Notes under the pieces: generated by a model
What the model was told of the DNA's origin: nothing
The model's database searches: none
The model's input: the letters and a program-made list of their open reading frames with translations, nothing else
Position numbers and translations under genes: made by a program
Source: an uncultured Gemmatimonadales bacterium
Lineage (GTDB): Bacteria > Gemmatimonadota > Gemmatimonadetes > Gemmatimonadales > GWC2-71-9
DNA: 64,000 nucleotides
Direction of reading: 5' to 3'
Assembly: GCA_963730185.1 (NCBI GenBank)
Contig: CAVSQW010000002.1
Location: 128,001 to 192,000 of the forward strand
Shown: positions 22,556-32,419 of the stretch, piece after piece
Layout of the letters: each line of letters opens with the position of its first letter
How positions within the stretch are numbered: the first letter of the stretch is position 1

Positions 22556-23700
22556 ACGTCCTCCTGGTCAACTGGCAGGATCTCGAGAACCCGCACGCGG
22601 GCGGGGCCGAGATTCACCTCTTCGAGCTGTTTCGGCGGCTGGTCTCGTGGGGGCACCGGGTTCGGATGGTGTGCTCCGGATGGCCCGGCGGCGCTCCGGA
22701 GGCCACGGTCGACGGGATCGAGGTCGAGCGGCACGGCGGGCGGCACACCTTCGCGCTGGTGGGGCGGGGCGCGGTTCGCCAGGCCCTGTCTCGGGGCCGG
22801 TACGACGTCCTGGTGGAGGACGTCAACAAGCTGCCGCTCTACACGGCCGGACTCACCCGGTTGCCTTCGGTCGTGATCGTTCCGCACCTGTTCGGGAAAA
22901 CGGCGTTCGAGGAGGCGTCCTGGCCGATGGCGGCGGCGGTGGTGGCGGCGGAGCGACTGATCCCGCGGGCCTACCGCCGAGCCTGGTTCCAGGCGATCAG
23001 CGAGAGCACCAGGGACGACCTGGTCGGCCGCGGGGTGCCGGTGGAGCGGATCGAAGTGATCCACCCGGGCATCGACGCGGAGCGCTTTCGGCCCGACCCC
23101 GCTCTTGACCGGGCCAATCCGCCATCCTTCTTATATGTGGGCCGTTTGCGGCGGTACAAGGGGGTTGAGGTGGCCCTTCGGGCGCTGGCCCTGGCCCGCG
23201 CGAGCCGACCCGATCTCGAGCTCGACGTCGCCGGGGCCGGTACCGACCGGGCCCGCCTGGAGCGACTCGCCGGGGGGCTGGGGCTTTCGGGAGCGGTGCG
23301 GTTTCATGGCTTCATCGACGAAGCGACCAAGCTCCGGCTGCTTCGGACCACCTGGGCCAATATTTTCCCGTCGCCCAAGGAAGGGTGGGGCATCACCGTG
23401 ATGGAGGCCGCGGCCTGTGGCACCCCGTCGCTGGCGTCCGACAGCCCGGGACTTCGCGACTCGGTACGGGACGGGCAGACCGGGTATCTGGTTCCCCATG
23501 GCGACGCGGAGGCACTGGCACGCCGAATGCTGACCCTGGCGGACGATGCCGCGCTGTTGGCGCGGCTCGGCCGGGAGGCCCGAGAGCACGCCGAGCGCTG
23601 GAGCTGGGACGACGCGGCCCGAGCCACCGAGGCGCATCTCGCCCGGGTGGCCGGCGGGTCTTCCCCATTCACTTCCGACTCATCCGAGGGATCCACCTGA
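22552..23700 (+). CDS. Glycosyltransferase family 4
   Basis: NWQD..NPHAGGAE, YVGRLRRYKG and EGWGITVMEA. Confidence 0.9.
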   Translation: MNVLLVNWQDLENPHAGGAEIHLFELFRRLVSWGHRVRMVCSGWPGGAPEATVDGIEVERHGGRHTFALVGRGAVRQALSRGRYDVLVEDVNKLPLYTAGLTRLPSVVIVPHLFGKTAFEEASWPMAAAVVAAERLIPRAYRRAWFQAISESTRDDLVGRGVPVERIEVIHPGIDAERFRPDPALDRANPPSFLYVGRLRRYKGVEVALRALALARASRPDLELDVAGAGTDRARLERLAGGLGLSGAVRFHGFIDEATKLRLLRTTWANIFPSPKEGWGITVMEAAACGTPSLASDSPGLRDSVRDGQTGYLVPHGDAEALARRMLTLADDAALLARLGREAREHAERWSWDDAARATEAHLARVAGGSSPFTSDSSEGST

Positions 23701-24008
23701 TGCGAACCACGATCAGTGTCCGGCACACCGACATTTCCGACGAGCTCAAGACGCGGGCCGAAACGGTCCTCGAGCGCCTCGACGGGCTGTCGCCGCACAC
23801 CCTGGAAGCGACGGTCGTGTTCGACGGCGGGCCGCTGACCCACACGGCCGAGATCCGCCTGCACGTCCGGGGCGGCAAGATCCTGATCGGGACCGGCGAA
23901 GGGTCGGATCATCGGACCGCGCTCGACCGGGCGGAAGCGAAGATCCGGCCTCAGCTCGACCGGGCCAGCGATTCGAAACGCGCCCGCCGCTCGTCGCCGA
24001 GGCCGTGA
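23700..24008 (+). CDS. hpf: Ribosome hibernation factor HPF/RaiA family (short form)
   Basis: ISVRHTDISDEL...ALDRAEAKIRPQL fold pattern. Lies upstream of hprK. Confidence 0.8.
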   Translation: MRTTISVRHTDISDELKTRAETVLERLDGLSPHTLEATVVFDGGPLTHTAEIRLHVRGGKILIGTGEGSDHRTALDRAEAKIRPQLDRASDSKRARRSSPRP

Positions 24009-24970
24009 CCTTGCGCCCGCGCGACCTCCTGACCCGGCAGAGCGACTACCTCCAGCTCACGTCGCTCACCGGCGAGGTCGGGCTCGACCGGCAGCTCCCC
24101 GATCCGGACATCGCGAGTCCGGGGCTGGTCCTGGCCGGCTATACGGGCCGGTTCGTGCCCAAGCGGCTCCACGTGCTGGGCGAGACCGAGGTCACCTATC
24201 TGGCGTCGCTGGACGACGCCGGGCGGCGACGGGCCCTCGAGACCTTCTTCGGCTACGATCCGCCCTGCGTCTTCATCTCCAAGGGGCAGGACCCGCCCGA
24301 GCCGCTGCTCGAGATCGCCAAAGGGCGGGGGGTGCCGGTCCTGGTCACCGCGCTCAAGACGGCGGAGTTCTACCGCCGGATCAAGCCGATCCTGGAAGAG
24401 GCCTTCGCGCCCCGGACCACGCTCCACGGCTCGCTGGCCGACGTCTACGGCGTGGGCCTGCTGTTCGTGGGGCGGAGCGGCGTCGGCAAGAGCGAGTGCG
24501 TGCTCGACCTGGTCGAGCGGGGCCATCGGCTGGTGGCCGACGACGTGGTGATCGTAACCCGGCGAGGCCACGACGTGCTGATCGGCCAGGGGCACGAAAT
24601 GGCGGGCCACCACATGGAGATCCGCGGGGTGGGGCTGATCGACATCACCGCCCTGTTCGGGATCCGGGCCGTCCGCCAGCAGAAGCGGATCGAGGTGGTG
24701 GTGGAGCTGGCCGACTGGGACAAGGCCCAGGACGCCGACCGGACCGGGCTCCTCCGCCAGGAGGCGCGGGTGCTCGACGTGGCCCTCCCCAAGGTGGTGG
24801 TGCCGCTCAACCCGGGGAAGAACCTCACCGTGATCTCCGAGGTGGTTGCGATGAACCACCTGCTTCGGATGACCGGGGTCGATTCGGCCGCCGCGTTCAA
24901 CGAGCGGCTGATCCGCAAGATGAAGGAACAGCGCGGGCTCCGCGAATATCTCCGGGAAGATTACGAATGA
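24005..24970 (+). CDS. hprK: HPr kinase/phosphorylase
   Basis: PGLVLAGY, LHG, GRSGVGKSE, RGHRLVADD and MEIRGVG. Confidence 0.95.
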   Translation: MTLRPRDLLTRQSDYLQLTSLTGEVGLDRQLPDPDIASPGLVLAGYTGRFVPKRLHVLGETEVTYLASLDDAGRRRALETFFGYDPPCVFISKGQDPPEPLLEIAKGRGVPVLVTALKTAEFYRRIKPILEEAFAPRTTLHGSLADVYGVGLLFVGRSGVGKSECVLDLVERGHRLVADDVVIVTRRGHDVLIGQGHEMAGHHMEIRGVGLIDITALFGIRAVRQQKRIEVVVELADWDKAQDADRTGLLRQEARVLDVALPKVVVPLNPGKNLTVISEVVAMNHLLRMTGVDSAAAFNERLIRKMKEQRGLREYLREDYE

Positions 24971-25341
24971 GCACCGAGCTGCACGGGGTCGTGGTGGCCC
25001 ACGGGGAGCTGGCCCCGGCCTTGATCGGGGCGGTGGAGGAGATCAGCGGGGTCCGGGGCGCCCTGGTCCCGGTCTCGAACGCGGGATGCGACCGGAGCCG
25101 GCTGGAGGAGCGGATCCTCGAGGCGGTGGCCGACCGGCCGTCGCTGGTCTTCATCGACATGCCGAGCGGCTCCTGTCTGTTTGCGGCGGCCCGGCGGCTG
25201 GCGCCGCGGGCGGGCGTCCGGCTGGTGACCGGCGTGAACCTCGCCATGCTCCTCGATTTCGTGTTCCACCGCGACCTCGAGCTCGCCGTCGCCGCCGACC
25301 GCGCGGCGGAGACCGGCGGAAAGGCGATTCTGGTTCGCTGA
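24967..25341 (+). CDS. PTS mannose-family EIIA
   Basis: VVAHG phospho-His, DMPSGS and GVNLAML. Confidence 0.88.
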   Translation: MSTELHGVVVAHGELAPALIGAVEEISGVRGALVPVSNAGCDRSRLEERILEAVADRPSLVFIDMPSGSCLFAAARRLAPRAGVRLVTGVNLAMLLDFVFHRDLELAVAADRAAETGGKAILVR

Positions 25342-25826
25342 TGGCCATCGTCGTGTGCCGGGTGGACGACCGGCTGGTTCACGGACAGGTGGTGGTGGGG
25401 TGGGGGCGCCCGCTCGAGATCGAGCGGATCGTGCTGGTCGACCACGACGTGGCCGCCAGCGAGGACGAGCAGGAGCTGTACCGGCTGGCCACGCCGTCCG
25501 GGATGACGGTCGAGTTTCTCGACCCGGACCAGGCTTCGCCCCGGCTGGAGACGCTGGCCGCGGGTCGGGAGCGGGTGCTGGTGCTGACCGGGTCGGTCGA
25601 CACCATGGTCCAGCTCGCCCGGGAGGCGCCGAGGGCGGTCCGGTCGGTGACCCTGGGGGGCGTGCACGGCGGGCCGGACCGGCGGGAGTACCTGCGCTAC
25701 GTCTATCTCACCGAGGCCGAGCTCAGCGAGCTCAAGAGGCTCGACGCGGCCGGGATCCGGGTCACGGCCCAGGACCTGCCCGGGTCGCGGCCGGTGTCGG
25801 TGGCCGGGTGGACGGTCCGGGGGTGA
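25341..25826 (+). CDS. PTS mannose-family EIIB
   Basis: RVDDRLVHGQV signature. Confidence 0.92.
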   Translation: MAIVVCRVDDRLVHGQVVVGWGRPLEIERIVLVDHDVAASEDEQELYRLATPSGMTVEFLDPDQASPRLETLAAGRERVLVLTGSVDTMVQLAREAPRAVRSVTLGGVHGGPDRREYLRYVYLTEAELSELKRLDAAGIRVTAQDLPGSRPVSVAGWTVRG

Positions 25827-26494
25827 GCGTCGCCACCCTGCTCGGCCTGGTGCTGGTCGGCACGATGGCCGGTCTGGATCTCGTCAGCGTGCTGCAGGGG
25901 CTGCTCTCCCGCCCGTTGGTCGTGGCCACCGCGGCGGGCGTGCTCCTCGGCGACGTCCAGTCGGGGCTCCGAATCGGGGCCGTGCTCGAGCTCTTCGCGC
26001 TCGACGTGATTCCGGTGGGGGCGTCGCGCTACCCCGATTTCGGAGCGGCCACGGTCGGGGCGGTGATCGCCGCCGGCGGCACGGCCTGGACCTCCGCGTT
26101 AGGGGCCGCCGTGGGGGTCGGCCTGGTGTTCGCGATCGGCGCCGGGGCGACCATCCCGGTGACCCGGCGGCTCAACGCCCGGACCATCCGGGCGCTGGGC
26201 CAGGGGTTGGTGGAGGGCGATCCTCGGGCGGTCGAGGCGGTCCACCTCCGGTGTCTGGGGCACGACGTGGTCCGGAGCCTCGGACTCTCGGTGCTGGCGG
26301 TCAGCGCCGGATGGATCCTGGCCGGGCCGGTGGCCCGGCTCGATCCCGGCACCGGCTGGTGGCTCACGGCGCTGGCGCTCGCGGGCGGGGTGTGGGCGGT
26401 GGCGCACGGGGCCACGGTCGCCGGCCGGAACGGCGCCCGATGGCGGTGGGGCATGGTCGGGTTGATCGTGGGCCTGATGCTGGTGGTCCCGTGA
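25823..26494 (+). CDS. PTS mannose-family EIIC
   Basis: SRPLV, GAVLEL, PVGA..PD and several TM helices. Confidence 0.85.
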   Translation: MSVATLLGLVLVGTMAGLDLVSVLQGLLSRPLVVATAAGVLLGDVQSGLRIGAVLELFALDVIPVGASRYPDFGAATVGAVIAAGGTAWTSALGAAVGVGLVFAIGAGATIPVTRRLNARTIRALGQGLVEGDPRAVEAVHLRCLGHDVVRSLGLSVLAVSAGWILAGPVARLDPGTGWWLTALALAGGVWAVAHGATVAGRNGARWRWGMVGLIVGLMLVVP

Positions 26495-27225
26495 GCGGCG
26501 GCTTCTGGCGGACCACGGGCCGGCTCCTGGTGCTGCAGGCCTCCTGGACCTACGAGCGGTTGCAGGGCCTCGGCGCCGGCTTCGCGATCCTCCCGCTGCT
26601 GGACGGGTTACGGGACGACCCCGAGCGGTACCGAGCCGCGGTTGGCCGGTCCACGGAGTACTTCAATTCGCATCCGTACCTGGCGGGCATCGCGGTCGGC
26701 GCGGCCGCCAGGGCCGAGCTGGAGGGTGCGCCGGGGACCGCGATCCAGCGACTCAAGACCGCCCTGTCGGGACCGCTGGGCGCGCTGGGCGACCAGCTCT
26801 TCTGGGTGGGGGTGGTGCCGGCGATCTCCGGTGCCCTCCTGGCCGGCGTGGCGCTGGGGGGGGGCGTCCCCGCGGTGGCGACCGGGTTCCTGCTCTACGT
26901 GGTCGTCCGGGTGCTGGTCACGTCCTGGGGGCTCCGGCTGGGGCTCAGCGCCGGCCTCCGGGTGCCGGTGGCGCTCAAGTCGTCCGGTCTGCCCCAGCAG
27001 GTGCGGCGGGTGGGGAACGTGGCCGGGTTCGCGATCGGCGTGATGGTCCCGCTGGTGCTGGCGTGGTTCAGCGGGGCCGGCCCCGATCGGATGACGTTGG
27101 CCGGGGTGGTCGGCGGCGGGGCCGGCGTGGGCGCGGGACTCTTGCACCGACAACTGCCGTCGTCGCGACGGCTGACGCTGATCGGCATGGCGCTGGTGTT
27201 GCTCTGGCGATGGGGACTCGGATGA
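26491..27225 (+). CDS. PTS mannose-family EIID
   Basis: QASWTYERLQ, FNSHP and GPLGALGDQLFW. Confidence 0.9.
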   Translation: MSGGFWRTTGRLLVLQASWTYERLQGLGAGFAILPLLDGLRDDPERYRAAVGRSTEYFNSHPYLAGIAVGAAARAELEGAPGTAIQRLKTALSGPLGALGDQLFWVGVVPAISGALLAGVALGGGVPAVATGFLLYVVVRVLVTSWGLRLGLSAGLRVPVALKSSGLPQQVRRVGNVAGFAIGVMVPLVLAWFSGAGPDRMTLAGVVGGGAGVGAGLLHRQLPSSRRLTLIGMALVLLWRWGLG

Positions 27226-27487
27226 TCGCACGCGACGCAACCATCGTAAACCCGCTCGGGCTCCATGCCCGGCCGGCGGCCCAGCTGGTCAAGCTCGCGG
27301 CGTCGTTCTCCAGCCAGATCGAGCTGGTGAAGGACGGGACCCCGATCAACGGCAAGAGCATCATGGGGGTCATGATGTTGGCGGCGGAGTGCGGCAGCAC
27401 CCTCACGATCCGGGCCGACGGCGACGACGCCGAGGCGGCCGTCGACCGCGATCGTCGAGCCTGGTCGAGTCGGGGTTCGGCGAGTGA
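27222..27487 (+). CDS. ptsH: Phosphocarrier HPr (two extra bases near the 3' end)
   Basis: GLHARPA (His15) and GKSIMG (Ser46). Corrected tail reads AIVELVESGFGE* to TGA at 27485-27487. Confidence 0.9.
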
Positions 27488-29296
27488 GGCCGACCGGGTG
27501 ATCCGCGGCGTCGGCGTCTCGCCCGGGCTGGCGTACGCGCCGGCCGTGGTGCTGCGAGTGGCGCTTCCCGGACGTGCCCGATCGCTCGGTCCGGCCCGAC
27601 GAGGTCGACGGCGAGATCGCCCGCCTCAACGAGGCCGTGGCCGCGGTGGCCGACTACCTGAACGGGCTCGCGCGAACGGGTCCTCCACTCGGCCGGGCTC
27701 GAGGAGTCGCGAATCTTCGAGGCCCAGATCCTGATGGTGCAGGACCAAGACTTCCTGGCCGGGGTCGTGGCGCTGATCCGGAGCAACCAGCTGAGCGCCG
27801 AGACGGCGTTCGAGTTCAAGGCCCTCGAGCTCCGGGTCGCCTGGTCCGACACTACCAATCTCCGGCTCCGGGAGCGGCTGGCGGACCTGGCGGCTACCCA
27901 GATCGCGGGTGCTCCGACACCTGATGGGCCGGACCGACGACGAGGCCACCGGCGTGTCGCAGGACGCGCCCTTCATCCTGGTGGCGCGCGAGCTCTCGCC
28001 CGGCCTCACCGTCCAGCTCGATCGAGAGCAGCTCCTCGGCCTGGTCAGCGAGGAGGGCACCCGGACGTCGCACGCCGCGATCCTGGCCCACTCGCTGGGG
28101 ATCCCGGCCGTGATGGGCGCCTCGGGCGCGGTGAACCGGATTACGCGCGGCACCATGGTGCTGATCGACGGTCAGACCGGCTCGATCCTGCTCGACCCCA
28201 CCCGCGAGGAGCTCGAGCTGGCCCGGGTCCGGGCCACCCGCCGCCAGAAGATCGAGCTCGAGCTCGAGGGGCTCAAAGGCCAGCCGGCCCTGACGCCCGA
28301 CGGCCATCAGGTGGCTCTGTTGGGCAACGTCGACCTCCCCGAGGAGATCGATCTGGCCGTCCGCCACGGCGCCGAGGGGGTGGGGCTTCTTCGGACCGAG
28401 TTTCTGGTCACCGGTCGGGCCCGGCTCCCGACCGAAGACGAGCAGTACCGAATACTTCCGGCGCGTCTGCGCGGCGTTTCCCGATCGGACGGTGGTGATC
28501 CGCACCTACGATCTCGGCGGCGACAAGTTCCCGGTGGCGTTCGACGCGCAGCCGGAGGCCAATCCGTTCCTCGGGCTGGCGCTCGATCCGGGTCTGTCTC
28601 GACCGGCCCGAGATCTTCCGGCCCCAGCTCCGGGCCCTGCTCCGGGTGGCGGCCGACCGCGACGTCCGGGTCATGTTGCCGCTGATCACCAACGTCGACG
28701 AGGTGATGGTCACCCGCGAGCTGATCGCCCAGGAGGCGCACGACCTGGCCGCCGCCGGCATCAAGGCGGCCGCCAGCGTGAAGTTGGGCGTCATGGTCGA
28801 GACGCCGGCCGCGGTGGTGATCGCCGACCGGCTCGCCGCGGTCAGCGCGTTCTTCAGCATCGGCACCAACGACCTGACCCAGTACACGCTGGCGGTCGAC
28901 CGGGGGAGCGCCCAACTCGCGTCACGGTTCAATCCCCATGACCCGGCCGTGGTCCGGCAGCTCCGCCACGTGTTGGACGCGGGCCGCGCCGCCGGCATTC
29001 CGGTCAGCGTGTGCGGAGAGATGGCGTCCGAGCCGCTCAGCGCGCTCCTCCTGATGGGACTGGGTTTCGACGTGCTGAGCATCGCCTGTCCGACCTTGCC
29101 CCTGGTCCGCTGGCTGATTCGGAAAGTGCCCTATTCGGTCTGCCGGGAAGCGGCGGAGGCGGCCCTCGCGGCGCCCTCCGGCGACGCGGTGGCGGAGGTG
29201 CTCCGGAGCGCCCTCGGCGGCCACGTGGACATGCGTCTCTTCGACCCCGAATCGGCGTTGCCCGGGCGCTTCTCCGGGGCTAGCTTGCAGCCTTGA
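27484..29296 (+). CDS. ptsI: PTS enzyme I, broken into frames by about six single-base insertions
   Basis: Fragments GVGVSPG, IFEAQ, TSHAAI, GVGLLRTEF, IRTYDLGGDK, EANPFLG/WRSIR, MVETP, SIGTNDLTQY and VCGEMA occur in order. Insertions near 27555-27570, 27670, 27905, 28449 and 28575. Start approximate. Confidence 0.88.
29258..29286 (+). promoter_or_regulatory. Putative sigma70 promoter for metK
   Basis: TTGCCC-N17-TAGCTT inside the ptsI 3' end. Confidence 0.45.
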
Positions 29297-29341
29297 CCGC
29301 CCGTTGATTTTCCGACCCCTAGCCCGAAGGCATCCTGGACT

Positions 29342-30568
29342 ATGGCGCGCGCCAAACGGCACGTCTTCACCTCGGAATCCGTCACCGAAGGCCACCCCGA
29401 CAAAGTCGCCGATCGGATCTCCGATGCGGTGTTGGATTCGATCCTGGCCCGCGACTCGGCCGCCCGGGTCGCTTGTGAAACGCTGGTGACGACCGGCATG
29501 GCCGTCGTGGCCGGCGAGATCACCACCACCACCTACGTCCACATTCCCGACGTGGTCCGCCGCACGGTGGCGGACATTGGCTACACCGATGCCTCGTTCG
29601 GCTTCGACAGCCGGACCTGCGCCGTGCTGGCGTCGATCGACCGGCAGTCGCCCGACATCGCCATGGGGGTGAATTCCTCCCGCCGGAAGGCCCAGGGGGC
29701 GGGCGACCAGGGGATGATGTTCGGCTATGCCAGCCGCGAAACCCGGGAGCGGATGCCGCTCCCGATCATGCTGGCGCACCGGATCGCCGAGCGGTTGGCG
29801 GCGGTCCGCAAGGGGCTCCACGGCCTCGATCAGGTCGAGTGGCTCCGGCCCGACGGCAAGTCGCAGGTGTCGGTGGAGTATGAGGGCGATCGCCCGGTGT
29901 CGGTCAGGACGGTGGTGGTCTCGACCCAACACGCCGAGCGCTTCGGCCGCCGCGAGCTCTCGGCCGGCACGATCAAGGACACCGTGATTCGGGAGGTGAT
30001 CAAGCCGGTGCTCGAGAAGGCGGGCCTCCCGTCGCGCGGCGTCAAGTTCCTGATCAACCCGACCGGCCGCTTCGTCGTCGGTGGACCGCACGGCGACGCC
30101 GGGCTCACCGGCCGGAAGATCATCGTCGACACCTACGGCGGCATGGCCCGGCACGGCGGGGGCGCGTTCAGCGGCAAGGACCCGTCGAAGGTCGACCGGT
30201 CGGCCGCGTACGCCACCCGCTGGGTGGCCAAGAACATCGTCGAGGCCAAGCTGGCCAGCCGCTGCGAGGTCCAGGTGGCCTACGCCATCGGCGTCGCCGA
30301 GCCGGTCTCGATCATGATCGACACCTTCGGCACCGGCGTGATCGCCGACCGCCGGCTGGAGCAGATCGTGGCGGAGGTGTTCGACCTCACGCCGAGCGGG
30401 ATCATCGCCGCGCTCAAGCTGAAGCGACCGATCTATCAGGCCACGGCCGCCTACGGGCACTTTGGCCGGCGGCCCAAGACCGTCAAGGTCGAGGGCAAGA
30501 CGGTCGAGCTCTTCACGTGGGAGAAGACCAACAAGGTCAAGGATCTCCTGACCGCAGCCAAACTCTGA
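29342..30568 (+). CDS. metK: S-adenosylmethionine synthetase
   Basis: [40 protein letters not shown] and GGGAFSGKD. Confidence 0.98.
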   Translation: MARAKRHVFTSESVTEGHPDKVADRISDAVLDSILARDSAARVACETLVTTGMAVVAGEITTTTYVHIPDVVRRTVADIGYTDASFGFDSRTCAVLASIDRQSPDIAMGVNSSRRKAQGAGDQGMMFGYASRETRERMPLPIMLAHRIAERLAAVRKGLHGLDQVEWLRPDGKSQVSVEYEGDRPVSVRTVVVSTQHAERFGRRELSAGTIKDTVIREVIKPVLEKAGLPSRGVKFLINPTGRFVVGGPHGDAGLTGRKIIVDTYGGMARHGGGAFSGKDPSKVDRSAAYATRWVAKNIVEAKLASRCEVQVAYAIGVAEPVSIMIDTFGTGVIADRRLEQIVAEVFDLTPSGIIAALKLKRPIYQATAAYGHFGRRPKTVKVEGKTVELFTWEKTNKVKDLLTAAKL

Positions 30569-30590
30569 TCCTGGAGCCCGCGGGACCCGC

Positions 30591-31079
30591 ATGATTCGGA
30601 TGACCATCGCCCATCTCGGGCTCGACCGATCCACCCAGTCGCCGGTGGTCGTGCTCCGGGAGGACGGTGGGGAGCGGACCCTGCCGATCTGGATCGGGGC
30701 GCCCGAGGCCAACGCGATCGCGATGGAGCTCAAGGGCGAGAAGCCGGCCCGGCCGATGACCCACGACCTCCTGAAGCAGCTCCTGCTGGGCCTGGGCGGC
30801 CAGCTCAAGCGGGTCACCATCACCCAGTTGCGCGAGAACACCTATCTGGCCGAGCTCCTCGTCCATCGCGGTGAGCAGCTGTTCGAGATCGACGCCCGCC
30901 CCTCCGACAGCATTGCCCTGGCGCTCCGAACCCAGGCCCCGATCTTCGCCAACGAGGAGCTGCTCGATCGGGGGAACTCGTCCGAGCCCTCGGGCGGCTC
31001 GCCCGACGCCGACCCCGACCAGCTGAAGAAGTTCCTCTCCAAGCTCGATCCCCAGGACCTGGGCCGTTTCCAGCCGTGA
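30591..31079 (+). CDS. Bifunctional nuclease family (DUF151) protein
   Basis: LPIWIG..EA, RPMTHDL and DARPSDSIALA. Confidence 0.92.
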   Translation: MIRMTIAHLGLDRSTQSPVVVLREDGGERTLPIWIGAPEANAIAMELKGEKPARPMTHDLLKQLLLGLGGQLKRVTITQLRENTYLAELLVHRGEQLFEIDARPSDSIALALRTQAPIFANEELLDRGNSSEPSGGSPDADPDQLKKFLSKLDPQDLGRFQP

Positions 31080-32200
31080 GGCGAGTCGGGCTGCTGGTCG
31101 CCGCGCTCGCGGCGCTGGTCGTGGGTTCCCTGGCCGCGCAGGCGCCGGCGACCCTCTCGGGCGCGGTGCTTCGGGTGGAGTCGGGCGACACGGTACCGGT
31201 TCCCGGGATCCGGGTCGTGCTCCACCAGGTCGGGATCGCCACGCAGGGGCCCCGCGACTCGACCGCAACCGGGTCCCGGGGCGAGTTCCGATTCCGGTTC
31301 CAGCCCGACTCCACCGCCAACTACCTCCTGAGCGCCCGGTTCGCCGGGATCGAGTACTTCTCGGTCCCGCTCAAGCCGAGGCCGGGGCTCGAGGACAGCG
31401 TCACGCTGGTGGTCTTCGACACCTCCTCCACCGCGCCGGTCGGGACGATGAGCCGGACCTTCGTGGTGGGGGCTACCGAGACCGACGGCCGGCGCACGGT
31501 GATCGACTGGCTCGTGCTCGACAACGCCGGGACCGTCACCCGGGTCGGCCCGGACTCGTTGGCCGCGACCTGGGGGGCCGCGCTGCCCCGGGACAGTCGT
31601 AACCCGACCGTTGGCGACCCGCGGTTGACCCAGTTCTCGCCCGACGCGGTGAGCTTCACGGACGACAGCGTCCACGTGACCGCGCCGCTCTCGCCGGGGC
31701 GGAAGGAGCTGGTGCTCCAGTACGAACTTCCCCGGGGGCGGGATCTCGACGTGCCGGTGGCCGGCATCGATTCGGTCGACGTGTATCTGGAGGATCGCTC
31801 GGCCCGGGTGAAGGGGAGCAATTGGGTCCGGGCCGACACCCAGAACTTCCAGGGCCGGATTTTCCAGCGCTACGTCCGCGAAGGCGCGGTGCCGGACCTG
31901 GTGGTCGACTTCCCCGGCCTCGATCTCCCCACCGGTCCCACCCTGGCTGCCCTGGTGGGGCTGGTCCTCGTCGGCTTGGGCGTGGTGACGATGCTCGGTC
32001 TCAAGCGGCGTCCCCGGCCGGCGCCGGCGGCAGCCGTGCCCGCGACCACCGCGCTGGCCGACCGGATCGCCCGGCTCGACGAGGAGTTCAACGGCCTCGC
32101 CTCCCCGGACGCCGACGCGACCGCGCGCTACGAGCGCGAGCGCGAGGGGCTGATGGCCGAGCTCCGGGCCGCTCTTGCCGCTCGGGGGAGTCGCTCCTAA
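31076..32200 (+). CDS. Exported protein with C-terminal membrane anchor and charged helical tail
   Basis: Signal peptide, carboxypeptidase-regulatory-like beta region (TGSRGEFRF), TM near residue 290, tail IARLDEEF...YERER. Confidence 0.7.
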   Translation: MRRVGLLVAALAALVVGSLAAQAPATLSGAVLRVESGDTVPVPGIRVVLHQVGIATQGPRDSTATGSRGEFRFRFQPDSTANYLLSARFAGIEYFSVPLKPRPGLEDSVTLVVFDTSSTAPVGTMSRTFVVGATETDGRRTVIDWLVLDNAGTVTRVGPDSLAATWGAALPRDSRNPTVGDPRLTQFSPDAVSFTDDSVHVTAPLSPGRKELVLQYELPRGRDLDVPVAGIDSVDVYLEDRSARVKGSNWVRADTQNFQGRIFQRYVREGAVPDLVVDFPGLDLPTGPTLAALVGLVLVGLGVVTMLGLKRRPRPAPAAAVPATTALADRIARLDEEFNGLASPDADATARYEREREGLMAELRAALAARGSRS

Positions 32201-32203
32201 CTT
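32175..32203 (+). promoter_or_regulatory. Putative sigma70 promoter of the cobalamin operon
   Basis: TTGCCG-N17-TAACTT. Confidence 0.6.
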
Positions 32204-32245
32204 CGCTCACCGCCGTCCGAGCACCTCGGCTCGGATCGGCCCGTC

Positions 32246-32419
32246 CGAATCGCAGCTCTCGGAAGCCGGTGAGAATCCGGCGCGGCCCCGCCACTGTAAC
32301 GGGAAAGCAGTTCCCCTCCGCTCTCGATGCCACTGGGCTTCCCGGGAAGGCGAGCGGAGTCCCGGAGCCAGGAGACCTCTGCGATTCGCGCCACGACACG
32401 AGCCCTCGGGGGAGGGAAG
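32246..32419 (+). ncRNA. Cobalamin riboswitch (likely translational control)
   Basis: Closing stem CGAATCGCAG/CTGCGATTCG. Motifs GGAA-GCCGGTGAGAATCCGGC, CCCCGCCACTGTAAC, GCCACTGG..GGGAAGGC and B12 box GAGCCAGGAGACCT. Downstream hairpin CCCTC-gggg-GAGGG covers the SD, and its CGGGG can kiss CCCCG. Confidence 0.93.

Noticed and set aside
27222..29296. Programmed frameshifting or true pseudogenisation of ptsH/ptsI and nagB
   Set aside because: Many same-direction insertions without slippery sites or nonsense decay are better explained by consensus error.
29287..29342. SAM riboswitch before metK
   Set aside because: The leader is about 50 nt and no SAM-I or SAM-II core motifs were recognisable.
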